Assembly: GCF_000018465.1 (NCBI RefSeq)
Contig: NC_010085.1
Coordinates: 1,613,260-1,645,259 of the forward strand
Direction: 5' to 3'
From: Nitrosopumilus maritimus SCM1
Lineage (GTDB): Archaea; Thermoproteota; Nitrososphaeria; Nitrososphaerales; Nitrosopumilaceae
DNA length: 32,000 nucleotides
Shown here: one piece after another, positions 24,365-31,998 of the stretch
Numbering within the stretch: the stretch's first letter is position 1
Layout: every line of letters begins with the position of its first letter
Translations under genes and position numbers: made by a program
Notes under the pieces: model-generated
Database searches by the model: none
What the model saw: the letters and a program-made list of their open reading frames with translations, nothing else
What the model was told of the DNA's origin: nothing

Positions 24365-25687
24365 ATGGCAAAATCACAAAATAAAGAATCTTACAATAAA
24401 ATTTTCGCAAAATTAAAAGAACATCACAAATGGTTTGAGAACTCAATTCCATTAATTGCCAGTGAAAATATTCCTAGTCCTGCAGTTAGAGAAGCAGTAA
24501 TCTCAGATTTTGGCAATAGGTATGCTGAAGGCTGGCCTGGAGAAAGAGTCTACGCGGGTTGTATCTACATTGATGATGTAGAGTTTGAATGCATGAAATT
24601 AGCCAAAAAACTCTACAAAGCAAAGTTTGCTGATGTAAGACCAATTTCAGGTGTAGTAGCAAATCTCGCTGTATATTCTGCTTATTCAAATCCAGGTGAT
24701 GTTATGCTAGCACCATCTATTCCAGCTGGAGGCCATATCTCACATGGTAAAAAAGAACATTCTGGAACTGCTGGATTAGTTCATGGTTTGGAAATTGAAT
24801 TTTATCCATTTGATGCTGAAGAAATGACAATCGATGTTGACAAGACAAAACAGAAAGTAAAGGAATTAAAGAAAAACAATAGACTACCAAAAATTGCAAT
24901 GTTTGGAGGCTCGTTGTTCTTATTCCCACATCCAGTCAAAGAACTTTCAGATTTTCTAAAGAGTTATGATATGCATATCAATTATGATGCAGCGCATGTT
25001 GCAGGACTAATTGCAGGAGGAAAATTCCAAGATCCACTAAAAGAGGGAGCAGATACAATGACTATGAGTACTCACAAGACATTATTTGGTCCACAAGGTG
25101 GTTTGGTTTTAGGTTCTGAAAAACATGAAGAACCAATCAAAAAAGCAACATTTCCAGGACTGACAAGTAGTCATCACATCAACAATATGGCAGGAAAAGC
25201 AGTTGCATTTGCTGAAGCATTAGAGTTTGGAAAAGATTACGCTGCTCAAGTCATAAAGAATGCAAAATCATTTGCTGAAGCATTAAGTGATGCTGGATTC
25301 AAAGTATTAGGTGAAAGCAGAGGATTTACACAATCACACCAAATTGCTGTCAACGTCTTGGATTATTCAGATGGCGGTAAAGTTGAGGCAGATTTAGAGA
25401 AGGCCAACATAATTGTAAACAGACAACTAATTCCAGGAGACATCAAAGCTGGAAGAAATTATTTCCATCCGGGTGGAATTAGATTAGGAGTTTCAGAAAT
25501 TACTAGACTTGGAATGAAGAAAAATGAAATGCAAGAAATTGCTTCCTTCATCAAACAAGTAGTAATAGAGAAGAAGGATCCTAAGAAATTGCTTTCCAAA
25601 GTAAAGTCATTTAGAAAGAACTACCAGAAGGTAAAATTCTGTTTTGACAACAAATTAGGTGCTTACGAATACGTCAAATTGCGATAA
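24365..25687 (+). CDS. glyA: serine hydroxymethyltransferase
   Basis: The PLP site is TMSTHKTLFGPQGG, and the N-terminal LIASEN and YAEGWPGERVYAGC are present. The ATG at 24365 sits 22 nt downstream of a TATA-like box and is preferred over the TTG at 24356 used by the ORF track. Confidence 0.92.
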   Translation: MAKSQNKESYNKIFAKLKEHHKWFENSIPLIASENIPSPAVREAVISDFGNRYAEGWPGERVYAGCIYIDDVEFECMKLAKKLYKAKFADVRPISGVVANLAVYSAYSNPGDVMLAPSIPAGGHISHGKKEHSGTAGLVHGLEIEFYPFDAEEMTIDVDKTKQKVKELKKNNRLPKIAMFGGSLFLFPHPVKELSDFLKSYDMHINYDAAHVAGLIAGGKFQDPLKEGADTMTMSTHKTLFGPQGGLVLGSEKHEEPIKKATFPGLTSSHHINNMAGKAVAFAEALEFGKDYAAQVIKNAKSFAEALSDAGFKVLGESRGFTQSHQIAVNVLDYSDGGKVEADLEKANIIVNRQLIPGDIKAGRNYFHPGGIRLGVSEITRLGMKKNEMQEIASFIKQVVIEKKDPKKLLSKVKSFRKNYQKVKFCFDNKLGAYEYVKLR

Positions 25688-25688
25688 T

Positions 25689-28600
25689 TCAGGCATAATC
25701 AGTAAGAAGTGACTGGTCACCTGGGCTTTTTCCAAATACTAGTTCAATTTCATCAGAAAGTGCATGAATACGTCCTCTTTGATATTCACTAACATCATAC
25801 TTGTCAACAAGTCTTTTTGCAAGTTTTAGATATTTTTCTACAGAACCACGAGTTATTGTTGGAATTAGTTTATGCCCACAAACACAAGTTTGGATTAATG
25901 GCATACGACGATAGGATTTGCCACATCCAGTACACCTAAAGTTTTGTCTTGCATATGCTCTCAGATTTCCCATAATGTCTGGTACTAGATGAGTTGAGAT
26001 AACATCTGAAACAATTTCTGAAGTATTTACAGCATCAATCAGTTCAGCATTTCTAACTTGCATATCGAATTTGTCAAGCATTGAGCCAAGAGTGGAATAT
26101 GCACTACGTGATTTTGAAGTTGTAAGCGATGAGGTAGTATGTGTAAAATGATAATCATAAAACTGTCTTTCTGTCTCAAGTCTAGATTTGATGATTTCAA
26201 CAGATGAAATGTCCGGTGCTTTGGCTTGTTGAAGTGTTGATTCAAAAAATTCTAAAGGCAATGATTTTGTTACCTCAAGATTATGGGCTTGTGGCTGGGA
26301 TTCATGTGGTAAAACAAGAGGTTGAACAAGTAGTGGTGCATCCATCAATCCACCAATCGCATCTGAAAGGAACTGTCTTGAGAAATTCAAAAGACTATCC
26401 ATCAACAGCATTATAGAATCAGCATCACCGTCTGCGTCTCTTCTTTTTGCAGAATGCCAATTGGGAGTTGCAAAACATACATGGGTTTCAGAATATCCAA
26501 TGATTCTACCTACAATTCCAACTGATGTATGAGGAGCAAGACCAATTATCAGATGTCCAATCAATTCCTCAGAGTTGGTTACATTGTAAAATGAGGTTTT
26601 TCCATAGAATTTTTCTAAAAGAGTATCAATGTATTTGCAAATCGAAACAAGATACTTGCCACTTTCATATGGAATTATCACATCTTGCATTCGAAGTTCA
26701 ACTATCTGCTCTGGATCTTCAAGTGGAATTCCATCAACATCATGAGAGTATCCCAATTCTTTGAGTTTCTCAACAGAGGTTCCAATCCAAGAGGGTTTGA
26801 ATTGAGTTAGAGGAGAATTTGTTGCATCAAATCTAACAGTTCCATCCTTAAAGACTGTCAGTCCAAAGTTTTGACGAACCAATCCTTTTTCCAGAGGTTC
26901 AGCAATCTTATCTTGACTGATTAATTCTTTGACTCCTTTGAAGGGTTCTTGGGCACGTAGGCGAATTTTTTCTTGAGCTTCTAGAAGTTTTGATTTTAGG
27001 GGAAATTCCTTATGAGAATAGGCTAGAGCGTTTCGTTTGCATTTTTCACAAAAAGATTCTTCGAGTGAATCTCTGCAATGTGGGCACCTATAGGTGACAG
27101 TGGTCTTTGTGCCACATTTTGAACATTTAATCCCAATTGACGGGATATTACATTGATTACAATGCCTATTGTAAATACTGGTGAAAAAGTGCTCATTTCT
27201 AGATGCCTTTAGAAGATCTCGTGTAGGTCCTCCTTTGTCACTAATTGGGAATAATACGTGTGTTGGTGGTTTCATCTGTCTAGGGGCAGATTTCTCAGGT
27301 CTTCCAATTCGTACTCCAATAGATGTAGAGAATTTGTTTCTAATTTTGATTCCAGAAGATTTTGAGATAATTTGAGGAACAGAAGAATCATCAATTGTTG
27401 GTTCTTCTCTAAACAACAAATTAAAGAAAATTTTTGCTTCAGTATTTTCAAGAATAATACTGTCATTTTTGACGATATGTGGAACTCCTAATTTTTCAAG
27501 AATTTTCTTTGTTTGTGGAGAGTACTCTACTGATGTTTCATTGATTGTTTTGGGATTCAAAAGTAGTCCAAGTTCTTCAGCAGATAGCTTATCCCAATAA
27601 TACAGGTAATGAGGATGAAGAGTCATATCAAAATCAATCGAGATTTTTAATGCCTCATCTATTGTAGGAATTCTATTGAGAAATCGAGTCAGATAATGGT
27701 CTTCAGGCTCGTATTTCGCAATTTTTTGTTTTAATTCCTCAATCCAATATTCTTCTACATATCCTGATGGAACAAGTTGTGCGTTATTTTCTAGGAAATC
27801 ACCAAAAGATATCAGAATATCTCCAAGGTGAAGTATTTTTTCAATGTCATTTTTGATTTCTATTCCATGTTTTACATCTCTAATTTTTACAACACTGCCA
27901 TCTTTCAAACGAACTACAGGAGTTTCAATCGAATCAACAAATGCTACTGTTGAGCCTTTTCCTGGAATGTCAATCTTAATTTGAGTTCCAACTGCAATTG
28001 TGTGATCAAGTATTTCTGCAACTACAGGATGAAGTCCAACTGCGGCAAAACCAGTATTGCATGCTCGTCCATATCTTAGTCGGAATCCTCCTAGTCTGTT
28101 AGGCATAGAAAGGACTGATCTGCCTGTAATTACCTCATGCATTCTTTTGGTAGCTGCATCCTCCTGTTTTTCACCAGTCTGAACAGCACCCTTTAGGTCA
28201 TTAAGCCACTCCCAACCATCAAGATTGTACATTTCAATTCTTTTGAGTAGTTTCTTGGATCTTCCAATAAGACCATCATTTAGGACACGTAAGGCACCTC
28301 CCCTTACTCTATCAGTTTTGATTCGCGCCATAGATTTGTGATTTACAACCTCATAAGGGTCAGTATCAACACCGTCTAGCTCTACTGGAAGATTGGAAAT
28401 CACATGTTCAATATCTTCATCTAGGATATGGAATTGAAAACTACTAGCCTCTCTTTCATAGATTCTTAACTCCTCAACAAATCGACCTGTTTCATCATCA
28501 AATGAATTGGCCTGGAATTTTGATAGTCCTGCTGTCTTTCTGACATGATCTGCAATCAACATAGTTACGGCAGATTCTGTTCCTCCAGCAGAACGCATAG

Positions 28601-29066
28601 GACCTGCAATGGAAACTGAAAGATATTCAGAACCATCCTTGTTTTTTTTAATCTTTACCTCACTAATTCCTTGCAACGGAGCAATTGTGACTCCTTCTGT
28701 AACAATTGCCAATCCAACACGTACTGCCAGATCAAGTTTTTCTTCCAAAGTAGAATCAGGAAGTGAGTATTTTCCCTGTGCAATCTCTTTTGATAGAATT
28801 AATGCAGAGAGTTCTTTTCCGTTAGTTTTTAGAAGTTCTCGAAGTGGTTCAGCGATATCAATTTCGTGCATTTTTGCTACACGATCAGCCAGATCAAATG
28901 CGATTTTCGGCTCTATTATGCCGGAAGAGTCAACTAGGCTTGATTTTGCAGATGCAGCAGTCTCAAAAATGTTGTATGTTTCTGTAGATAGACTAGAGTA
29001 GTAATCAGAATAGTAATCAGGCATCTTAATGCCACTAATACGAGAAATTGCGTCGTTTTCAGACAT
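25689..29066 (-). CDS. polC: DNA polymerase II (family D) large subunit DP2
   Basis: The 1125-aa ORF has the catalytic acidic cluster HSAKRRDADGDAD and several CxxC zinc modules (CNQCN..CSKCG, CPHCR..CEKC, CTGCG..CVCGH). No intein-sized insertion is present. Confidence 0.95.
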   Translation of the reverse strand: MSENDAISRISGIKMPDYYSDYYSSLSTETYNIFETAASAKSSLVDSSGIIEPKIAFDLADRVAKMHEIDIAEPLRELLKTNGKELSALILSKEIAQGKYSLPDSTLEEKLDLAVRVGLAIVTEGVTIAPLQGISEVKIKKNKDGSEYLSVSIAGPMRSAGGTESAVTMLIADHVRKTAGLSKFQANSFDDETGRFVEELRIYEREASSFQFHILDEDIEHVISNLPVELDGVDTDPYEVVNHKSMARIKTDRVRGGALRVLNDGLIGRSKKLLKRIEMYNLDGWEWLNDLKGAVQTGEKQEDAATKRMHEVITGRSVLSMPNRLGGFRLRYGRACNTGFAAVGLHPVVAEILDHTIAVGTQIKIDIPGKGSTVAFVDSIETPVVRLKDGSVVKIRDVKHGIEIKNDIEKILHLGDILISFGDFLENNAQLVPSGYVEEYWIEELKQKIAKYEPEDHYLTRFLNRIPTIDEALKISIDFDMTLHPHYLYYWDKLSAEELGLLLNPKTINETSVEYSPQTKKILEKLGVPHIVKNDSIILENTEAKIFFNLLFREEPTIDDSSVPQIISKSSGIKIRNKFSTSIGVRIGRPEKSAPRQMKPPTHVLFPISDKGGPTRDLLKASRNEHFFTSIYNRHCNQCNIPSIGIKCSKCGTKTTVTYRCPHCRDSLEESFCEKCKRNALAYSHKEFPLKSKLLEAQEKIRLRAQEPFKGVKELISQDKIAEPLEKGLVRQNFGLTVFKDGTVRFDATNSPLTQFKPSWIGTSVEKLKELGYSHDVDGIPLEDPEQIVELRMQDVIIPYESGKYLVSICKYIDTLLEKFYGKTSFYNVTNSEELIGHLIIGLAPHTSVGIVGRIIGYSETHVCFATPNWHSAKRRDADGDADSIMLLMDSLLNFSRQFLSDAIGGLMDAPLLVQPLVLPHESQPQAHNLEVTKSLPLEFFESTLQQAKAPDISSVEIIKSRLETERQFYDYHFTHTTSSLTTSKSRSAYSTLGSMLDKFDMQVRNAELIDAVNTSEIVSDVISTHLVPDIMGNLRAYARQNFRCTGCGKSYRRMPLIQTCVCGHKLIPTITRGSVEKYLKLAKRLVDKYDVSEYQRGRIHALSDEIELVFGKSPGDQSLLTDYA

Positions 29067-29077
29067 ATAGAGTATTA

Positions 29078-29830
29078 TTACTTGCTTCTTTGAATTGCTT
29101 TTGTTATTTCTTCGAGTTTCTTGAGACTTCCACCTTTCTCAAGGAAAGTGCCAATTACTAAGGCATCAGCTCCTGCTTTAACCAAGTTTTGGGCGGTTTT
29201 TACGTCCTTTATCCCACCACCTACAATCAAAAATCCGTTAAACAACTGTCTAACAGTCTTGACCATCTCTGGTGTAACACTAGATTTTGCACCAGAACCT
29301 GCCTCAAGATAGACAAATCTCATTCCAAGAAATTGAGCTGCAAGTGCATAGGCTGCAGCAATTTTGGGCTTTTCAAATGGGATTCCTCTTGCAGAACCAA
29401 CAAACCAAGCAGTTGTACCATCTCCTATTACCAGATATGCTGTAGGAAGAGGCTCTAAACCAAATTTTAGAACACTTGGTGCACCTAGGGCCTGTGCTTG
29501 TGTGATAAAGTATGGGTTTTCTGAGTTCATTAAGGAACTAAACAAAATGGCATCAGCGTCAGGCACAACCCCCGTAACATTGCCAGGAAAGAGGATTATT
29601 GGTATTTTGATGCCTTTTTTGATGCCTTTTACCACCTGAGCCATCTCTATCTGATCTGTAGCAGACGAGCCACCAACCAAGATTGCAGACGCCCCAATCT
29701 TTTCGACATCTTTTGCTAGTTTAGCAGATGCCTCTAGATTTGATACCTCTGAATCTATTAGAACAAACAATAATGCATTTTTCTTTTTTAATTCTGATTT
29801 TAGGAATGTTTCAACTTTATTTCCAGCCAT
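29078..29830 (-). CDS. geranylgeranylglyceryl phosphate synthase (PcrB/GGGPS family)
   Basis: FVYLEAGSGA, LIVGGGIKD and ADALVIGT are TIM-barrel phosphate-binding motifs. The gene lies 11 nt upstream of polC in the same orientation. Confidence 0.85.
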   Translation of the reverse strand: MAGNKVETFLKSELKKKNALLFVLIDSEVSNLEASAKLAKDVEKIGASAILVGGSSATDQIEMAQVVKGIKKGIKIPIILFPGNVTGVVPDADAILFSSLMNSENPYFITQAQALGAPSVLKFGLEPLPTAYLVIGDGTTAWFVGSARGIPFEKPKIAAAYALAAQFLGMRFVYLEAGSGAKSSVTPEMVKTVRQLFNGFLIVGGGIKDVKTAQNLVKAGADALVIGTFLEKGGSLKKLEEITKAIQRSK

Positions 29831-29895
29831 AGAAATGGTTCGTATGTGGCTCTTTAAAGTTTAATTGGAATGCCATTATACAGATTTGTATAGCT

Positions 29896-30258
29896 ATGTC
29901 GGAGTTTGAAGGATCTAATTTTAACAATATTATTAGGAAAATTATCAAAAAATCTTTGTTTACAGAGCGACAAATTGAAATTATTTTAAATCAGAAGAAT
30001 CTTCTTGAGTTAGAGTTTTCAATTTCAAAAGGTGCGTATTATAGGCAAGTTGGGCAGTCTAGAGAGAAATTAGTCTCATTATTCTACTCAATCATACTTT
30101 TACGCGGTTTAGGCATCATTTTACCTGATGATATTGATGTGATATCCAAGTTATCTGAGCAGATTAGTGTGATAAATGAGAGTGATATATTCCCAGAAAG
30201 GGAGGAAGAGGTCATTAATGTGATAGATAGGCTCGTAAGACAGGCATGTAGTATGTGA
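29896..30258 (+). CDS. hypothetical small protein (possible HTH)
   Basis: 120-aa ORF. LFTERQIEIIL...SKGAYYRQVGQSREKL is weakly reminiscent of a sigma/LuxR-type HTH. No firm motif was found. Confidence 0.45.
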   Translation: MSEFEGSNFNNIIRKIIKKSLFTERQIEIILNQKNLLELEFSISKGAYYRQVGQSREKLVSLFYSIILLRGLGIILPDDIDVISKLSEQISVINESDIFPEREEEVINVIDRLVRQACSM

Positions 30259-30386
30259 TGTTGTGATAATTGTTCAGTTCAATTAGTTGAGTTGTTTGTG
30301 ACAATGTGTGTGAGTTTGTTAATCTAAAGTGTGAAATAATGTTGTTCTATCACGATAAATCACAATGCAGGCATAAAATTTGTGAT
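30254..30386 (+). repeat. array of TGTGA(T)/ATCAC half-sites in a C-poor intergenic region
   Basis: TGTGA starts at 30254, 30262, 30297, 30309, 30330 and 30381. The inverted forms are TCACG at 30350 and TCACA at 30360. The region lies upstream of the TM-wHTH gene. Confidence 0.6.
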
Positions 30387-30987
30387 GTTAATAGAGATTC
30401 CTGACCCAGAAGTGATTTTGAGTGTGATATTAGCCTTCATTGTGGGTTTGGGAGGTTTGTATGGATACTATAAGATTCGACCATTCATCAAATCTAAGAG
30501 TGAGATGGTTGATACATCACAATCTGAGCGTTTAGAATACTATGAAAGGCAATTAATTGATATGAAAATACGCTTAGATGCATTAGAAATACAGGGAATT
30601 GAGCAGAAAACAGAGGATCCAAATTTGGAATTAAAACAATTCTTGGAAAAATTAGCAAAGAATGAAGTCCAAGAAAAGGAAGTTGTAACATCACAAGAGC
30701 CAGAAAAAGTTCCTGAAAAACCAGTTTCCACGCCTAAAATTACCAATATTGAGCACACAAATCCTACCAATTACGTGTTGCATCTAATCACAAACAAAGC
30801 TATGACATCACGTGACATACAAATCACATTAAAGAAGAGTAGAGAGCATACTTCAAGACTGATGAAGAAGTTGTTTGAAGAGGGTCTTGTTCAAAGAAAC
30901 ACTGAATCTAAACCATACACATATTCCATTACTGAAAAGGGAATAGCAAAGGTTGGAGAAGTTGAAACAAATCCAACTGTTGCCTAA
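30385..30987 (+). CDS. membrane-anchored winged-helix (MarR/ArsR-like) DNA-binding protein
   Basis: An N-terminal TM helix ILSVILAFIVGLGGLYGYY is followed by a coiled-coil/charged linker. The C-terminal wHTH is MTSRDIQITLKKSREHTSRLMKKLFEEGLVQRNTESKPYTYSITEKG. The ORF track starts at GTG 30382, and ATG 30385 is adjacent. Confidence 0.6.
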   Translation: MLIEIPDPEVILSVILAFIVGLGGLYGYYKIRPFIKSKSEMVDTSQSERLEYYERQLIDMKIRLDALEIQGIEQKTEDPNLELKQFLEKLAKNEVQEKEVVTSQEPEKVPEKPVSTPKITNIEHTNPTNYVLHLITNKAMTSRDIQITLKKSREHTSRLMKKLFEEGLVQRNTESKPYTYSITEKGIAKVGEVETNPTVA

Positions 30988-31034
30988 AAGATATATTTCG
31001 AGTTTTTCCAAAGTCATTTTACATAATTTTACGC

Positions 31035-31113
31035 AAAAAATACTATTTTTGATTATTAATTATAATTAACATATTTTATTAAATTATATATATTATTAAT
31101 TTATAGTCATAAT
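31035..31113. other. ~94% A+T tract (promoter of the AbrB-type gene and/or an easily melted region)
   Basis: There are only 5 G/C in 79 nt. The tract contains the 14-bp palindrome TTAATTATAATTAA (31056-31069) and one TTAACAT copy (31066). Confidence 0.6.
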
Positions 31114-31275
31114 ATGTCCATTCAAGAAAATGAAGTTTTGGTAAAAATCACATCTGCTGGGACAATTTCTATCCCAAAACAGTTTAGAAAGTATATGGAC
31201 ATCCAAAAAGGTGAATATGTAAAATTAATTCTTGGAAAAGACCGTTTGATTGTTAGAAAAATCACTATATCTTGA
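31114..31275 (+). CDS. AbrB/SpoVT-family (swapped-hairpin) DNA-binding protein, 53 aa
   Basis: This gene is not in the ORF track because it is under 60 aa. My translation is MSIQENEVLVKITSAGTISIPKQFRKYMDIQKGEYVKLILGKDRLIVRKITIS, which matches the SpoVT-AbrB pattern (V.....G.I.IPK..R..L....GD.V......D..I.RK). The stop is TGA at 31273-31275. Confidence 0.7.
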   Translation: MSIQENEVLVKITSAGTISIPKQFRKYMDIQKGEYVKLILGKDRLIVRKITIS

Positions 31276-31280
31276 TTGGT

Positions 31281-31667
31281 TTAGTGTTGTTTTTGGCTGA
31301 TTTTTATGGTTTGATATGTCCATTCTCTACCATTTCTAGTCCTATCTACCCTACCTTTTGAGGAAAATCTTGAGAGATATGTGGAAATTACACTAAGTTT
31401 GATAGGTTCGTTGAATTCATCCTCATATTTTTCAAGAATGTTAGTTGATGTGAATTTGCCCATAGGGAAGAACTTGTCAATAATATGCCAAATTTTAGAG
31501 CCTACAGAATCTATGTTAGTTGTGGTTTCCTCTTCTTCAATATTCATCAAGTCCATCATCTCAAATATTTTCAAGACTTTGTCCCTGGTTACATTACCTT
31601 CAAGTTTGATATCATAACGTGCACCGTCAGAGTCTTCCATGTCTATACGAATACGTTTTTTGGCCAT
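31281..31667 (-). CDS. hypothetical protein with a C-terminal winged-helix-like domain
   Basis: 128-aa ORF with an ATG start. The C-terminus FTSTNILEKYEDEFNEPIKLSVISTYLSRFSSKGRVDRTRNGREWTYQ has an HTH plus wing pattern. Confidence 0.55.
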   Translation of the reverse strand: MAKKRIRIDMEDSDGARYDIKLEGNVTRDKVLKIFEMMDLMNIEEEETTTNIDSVGSKIWHIIDKFFPMGKFTSTNILEKYEDEFNEPIKLSVISTYLSRFSSKGRVDRTRNGREWTYQTIKISQKQH

Positions 31668-31825
31668 GTTAGGATCTATTCGATCTGATGTTAACAGTTC
31701 AAATGATCCGCGAAAATTTGTTAACTAAATGGTTTGTTAACATTGACTGTGTAAGCCACGCCTAGTTATTTTTTTGTTATTAACAATTAGTCGTGTATAA
31801 GCCCCCTAAATTAAGAAATATTCAT

Positions 31826-31848
31826 GCCTGGAGTGGAAATAAAGGGGT
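31826..31848 (+). promoter_or_regulatory. origin recognition box (ORB)-like repeat 1
   Basis: GCCTGGAGTGGAAATAAAGGGGT has GGAAA-N4-GGGGT spacing, as in archaeal Orc1/Cdc6 binding sites. Confidence 0.55.
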
Positions 31849-31887
31849 TAGATTTGAGATATTCACAATGTTAACGTCAATTTTAAC

Positions 31888-31910
31888 GCCTGGAGTGGAA
31901 ATTAGGGGGT
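31888..31910 (+). promoter_or_regulatory. origin recognition box (ORB)-like repeat 2
   Basis: GCCTGGAGTGGAAATTAGGGGGT is 21/23 identical to repeat 1 and lies 62 bp downstream in the same orientation. Confidence 0.55.
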
Positions 31911-31961
31911 CAAAATAGGGTTTTTGGGAGTTTTCTTAACATCAAATTAACATGGTTGTTA

Positions 31962-31975
31962 ATTTCCAGTGGAAC
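31962..31975 (-). promoter_or_regulatory. inverted mini-ORB-like dyad
   Basis: The plus strand reads ATTTCCAGTGGAAC and the minus strand GTTCCACTGGAAAT. This compares with the TTCCAGTGGAAA core of Sulfolobus/Pyrococcus ORBs. Confidence 0.5.
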
Positions 31976-31987
31976 CCACACACCAAT

Positions 31988-31998
31988 ATTTCCACTCT
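31988..31998 (-). promoter_or_regulatory. inverted partial ORB-like core at the window edge
   Basis: The plus strand reads ATTTCCACTCT and the minus strand AGAGTGGAAAT. This is the same GAGTGGAAAT core as repeats 1 and 2, and the window ends 2 nt later. Confidence 0.4.

Larger units (their letters stand above)
31690..31953. repeat. cluster of GTTAAC palindromes / same-strand TTAACA(T) iterations in non-coding DNA
   Basis: GTTAAC occurs at 31690, 31720, 31736 and 31870. TTGTTA-T-TAACAA occurs at 31775-31787. TTAAC pentamers start at 31691, 31721, 31737, 31781, 31871, 31883, 31936 and 31947. Confidence 0.7.

Noticed and set aside
25689-29066. A possible intein or frameshift in the PolD large subunit.
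   Set aside because: It is a single uninterrupted 1125-aa ORF of normal length with a contiguous catalytic region. No intein block motifs were noticed.
28609-29639. Several plus-strand ORFs of 60-130 aa (28609-29001, 29121-29312, 29189-29458, 29364-29639). Similar short ORFs lie inside other genes, for example 5032-5259, 6159-6413, 9899-10213, 15182-15556, 16599-16922 and 18844-19338.
   Set aside because: All lie fully inside, and antisense to or out of frame with, long ORFs that carry strong family motifs. They are typical shadow ORFs.
31056-31069. A perfect 14-bp palindrome, TTAATTATAATTAA, considered as a specific binding site.
   Set aside because: Within an essentially all-A/T tract, a 7+7 palindrome is expected by chance at appreciable frequency. 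It is reported only as part of the AT-rich tract.
31114-31667. The AbrB/SpoVT gene considered as the antitoxin of a toxin-antitoxin pair (MazE/VapB-like).
   Set aside because: No co-oriented downstream toxin ORF (PIN or MazF) exists. The neighbouring gene is convergent and looks like a wHTH protein.
31826-31910. The two 23-bp direct repeats separated by a 39-bp spacer could be a minimal CRISPR array.
   Set aside because: There are only two direct copies, and they differ at two positions. The next copies are inverted and shorter. No cas genes or leader are visible, and the sequence matches the ORB (GGAAA-N4-GGGGT) architecture much better.
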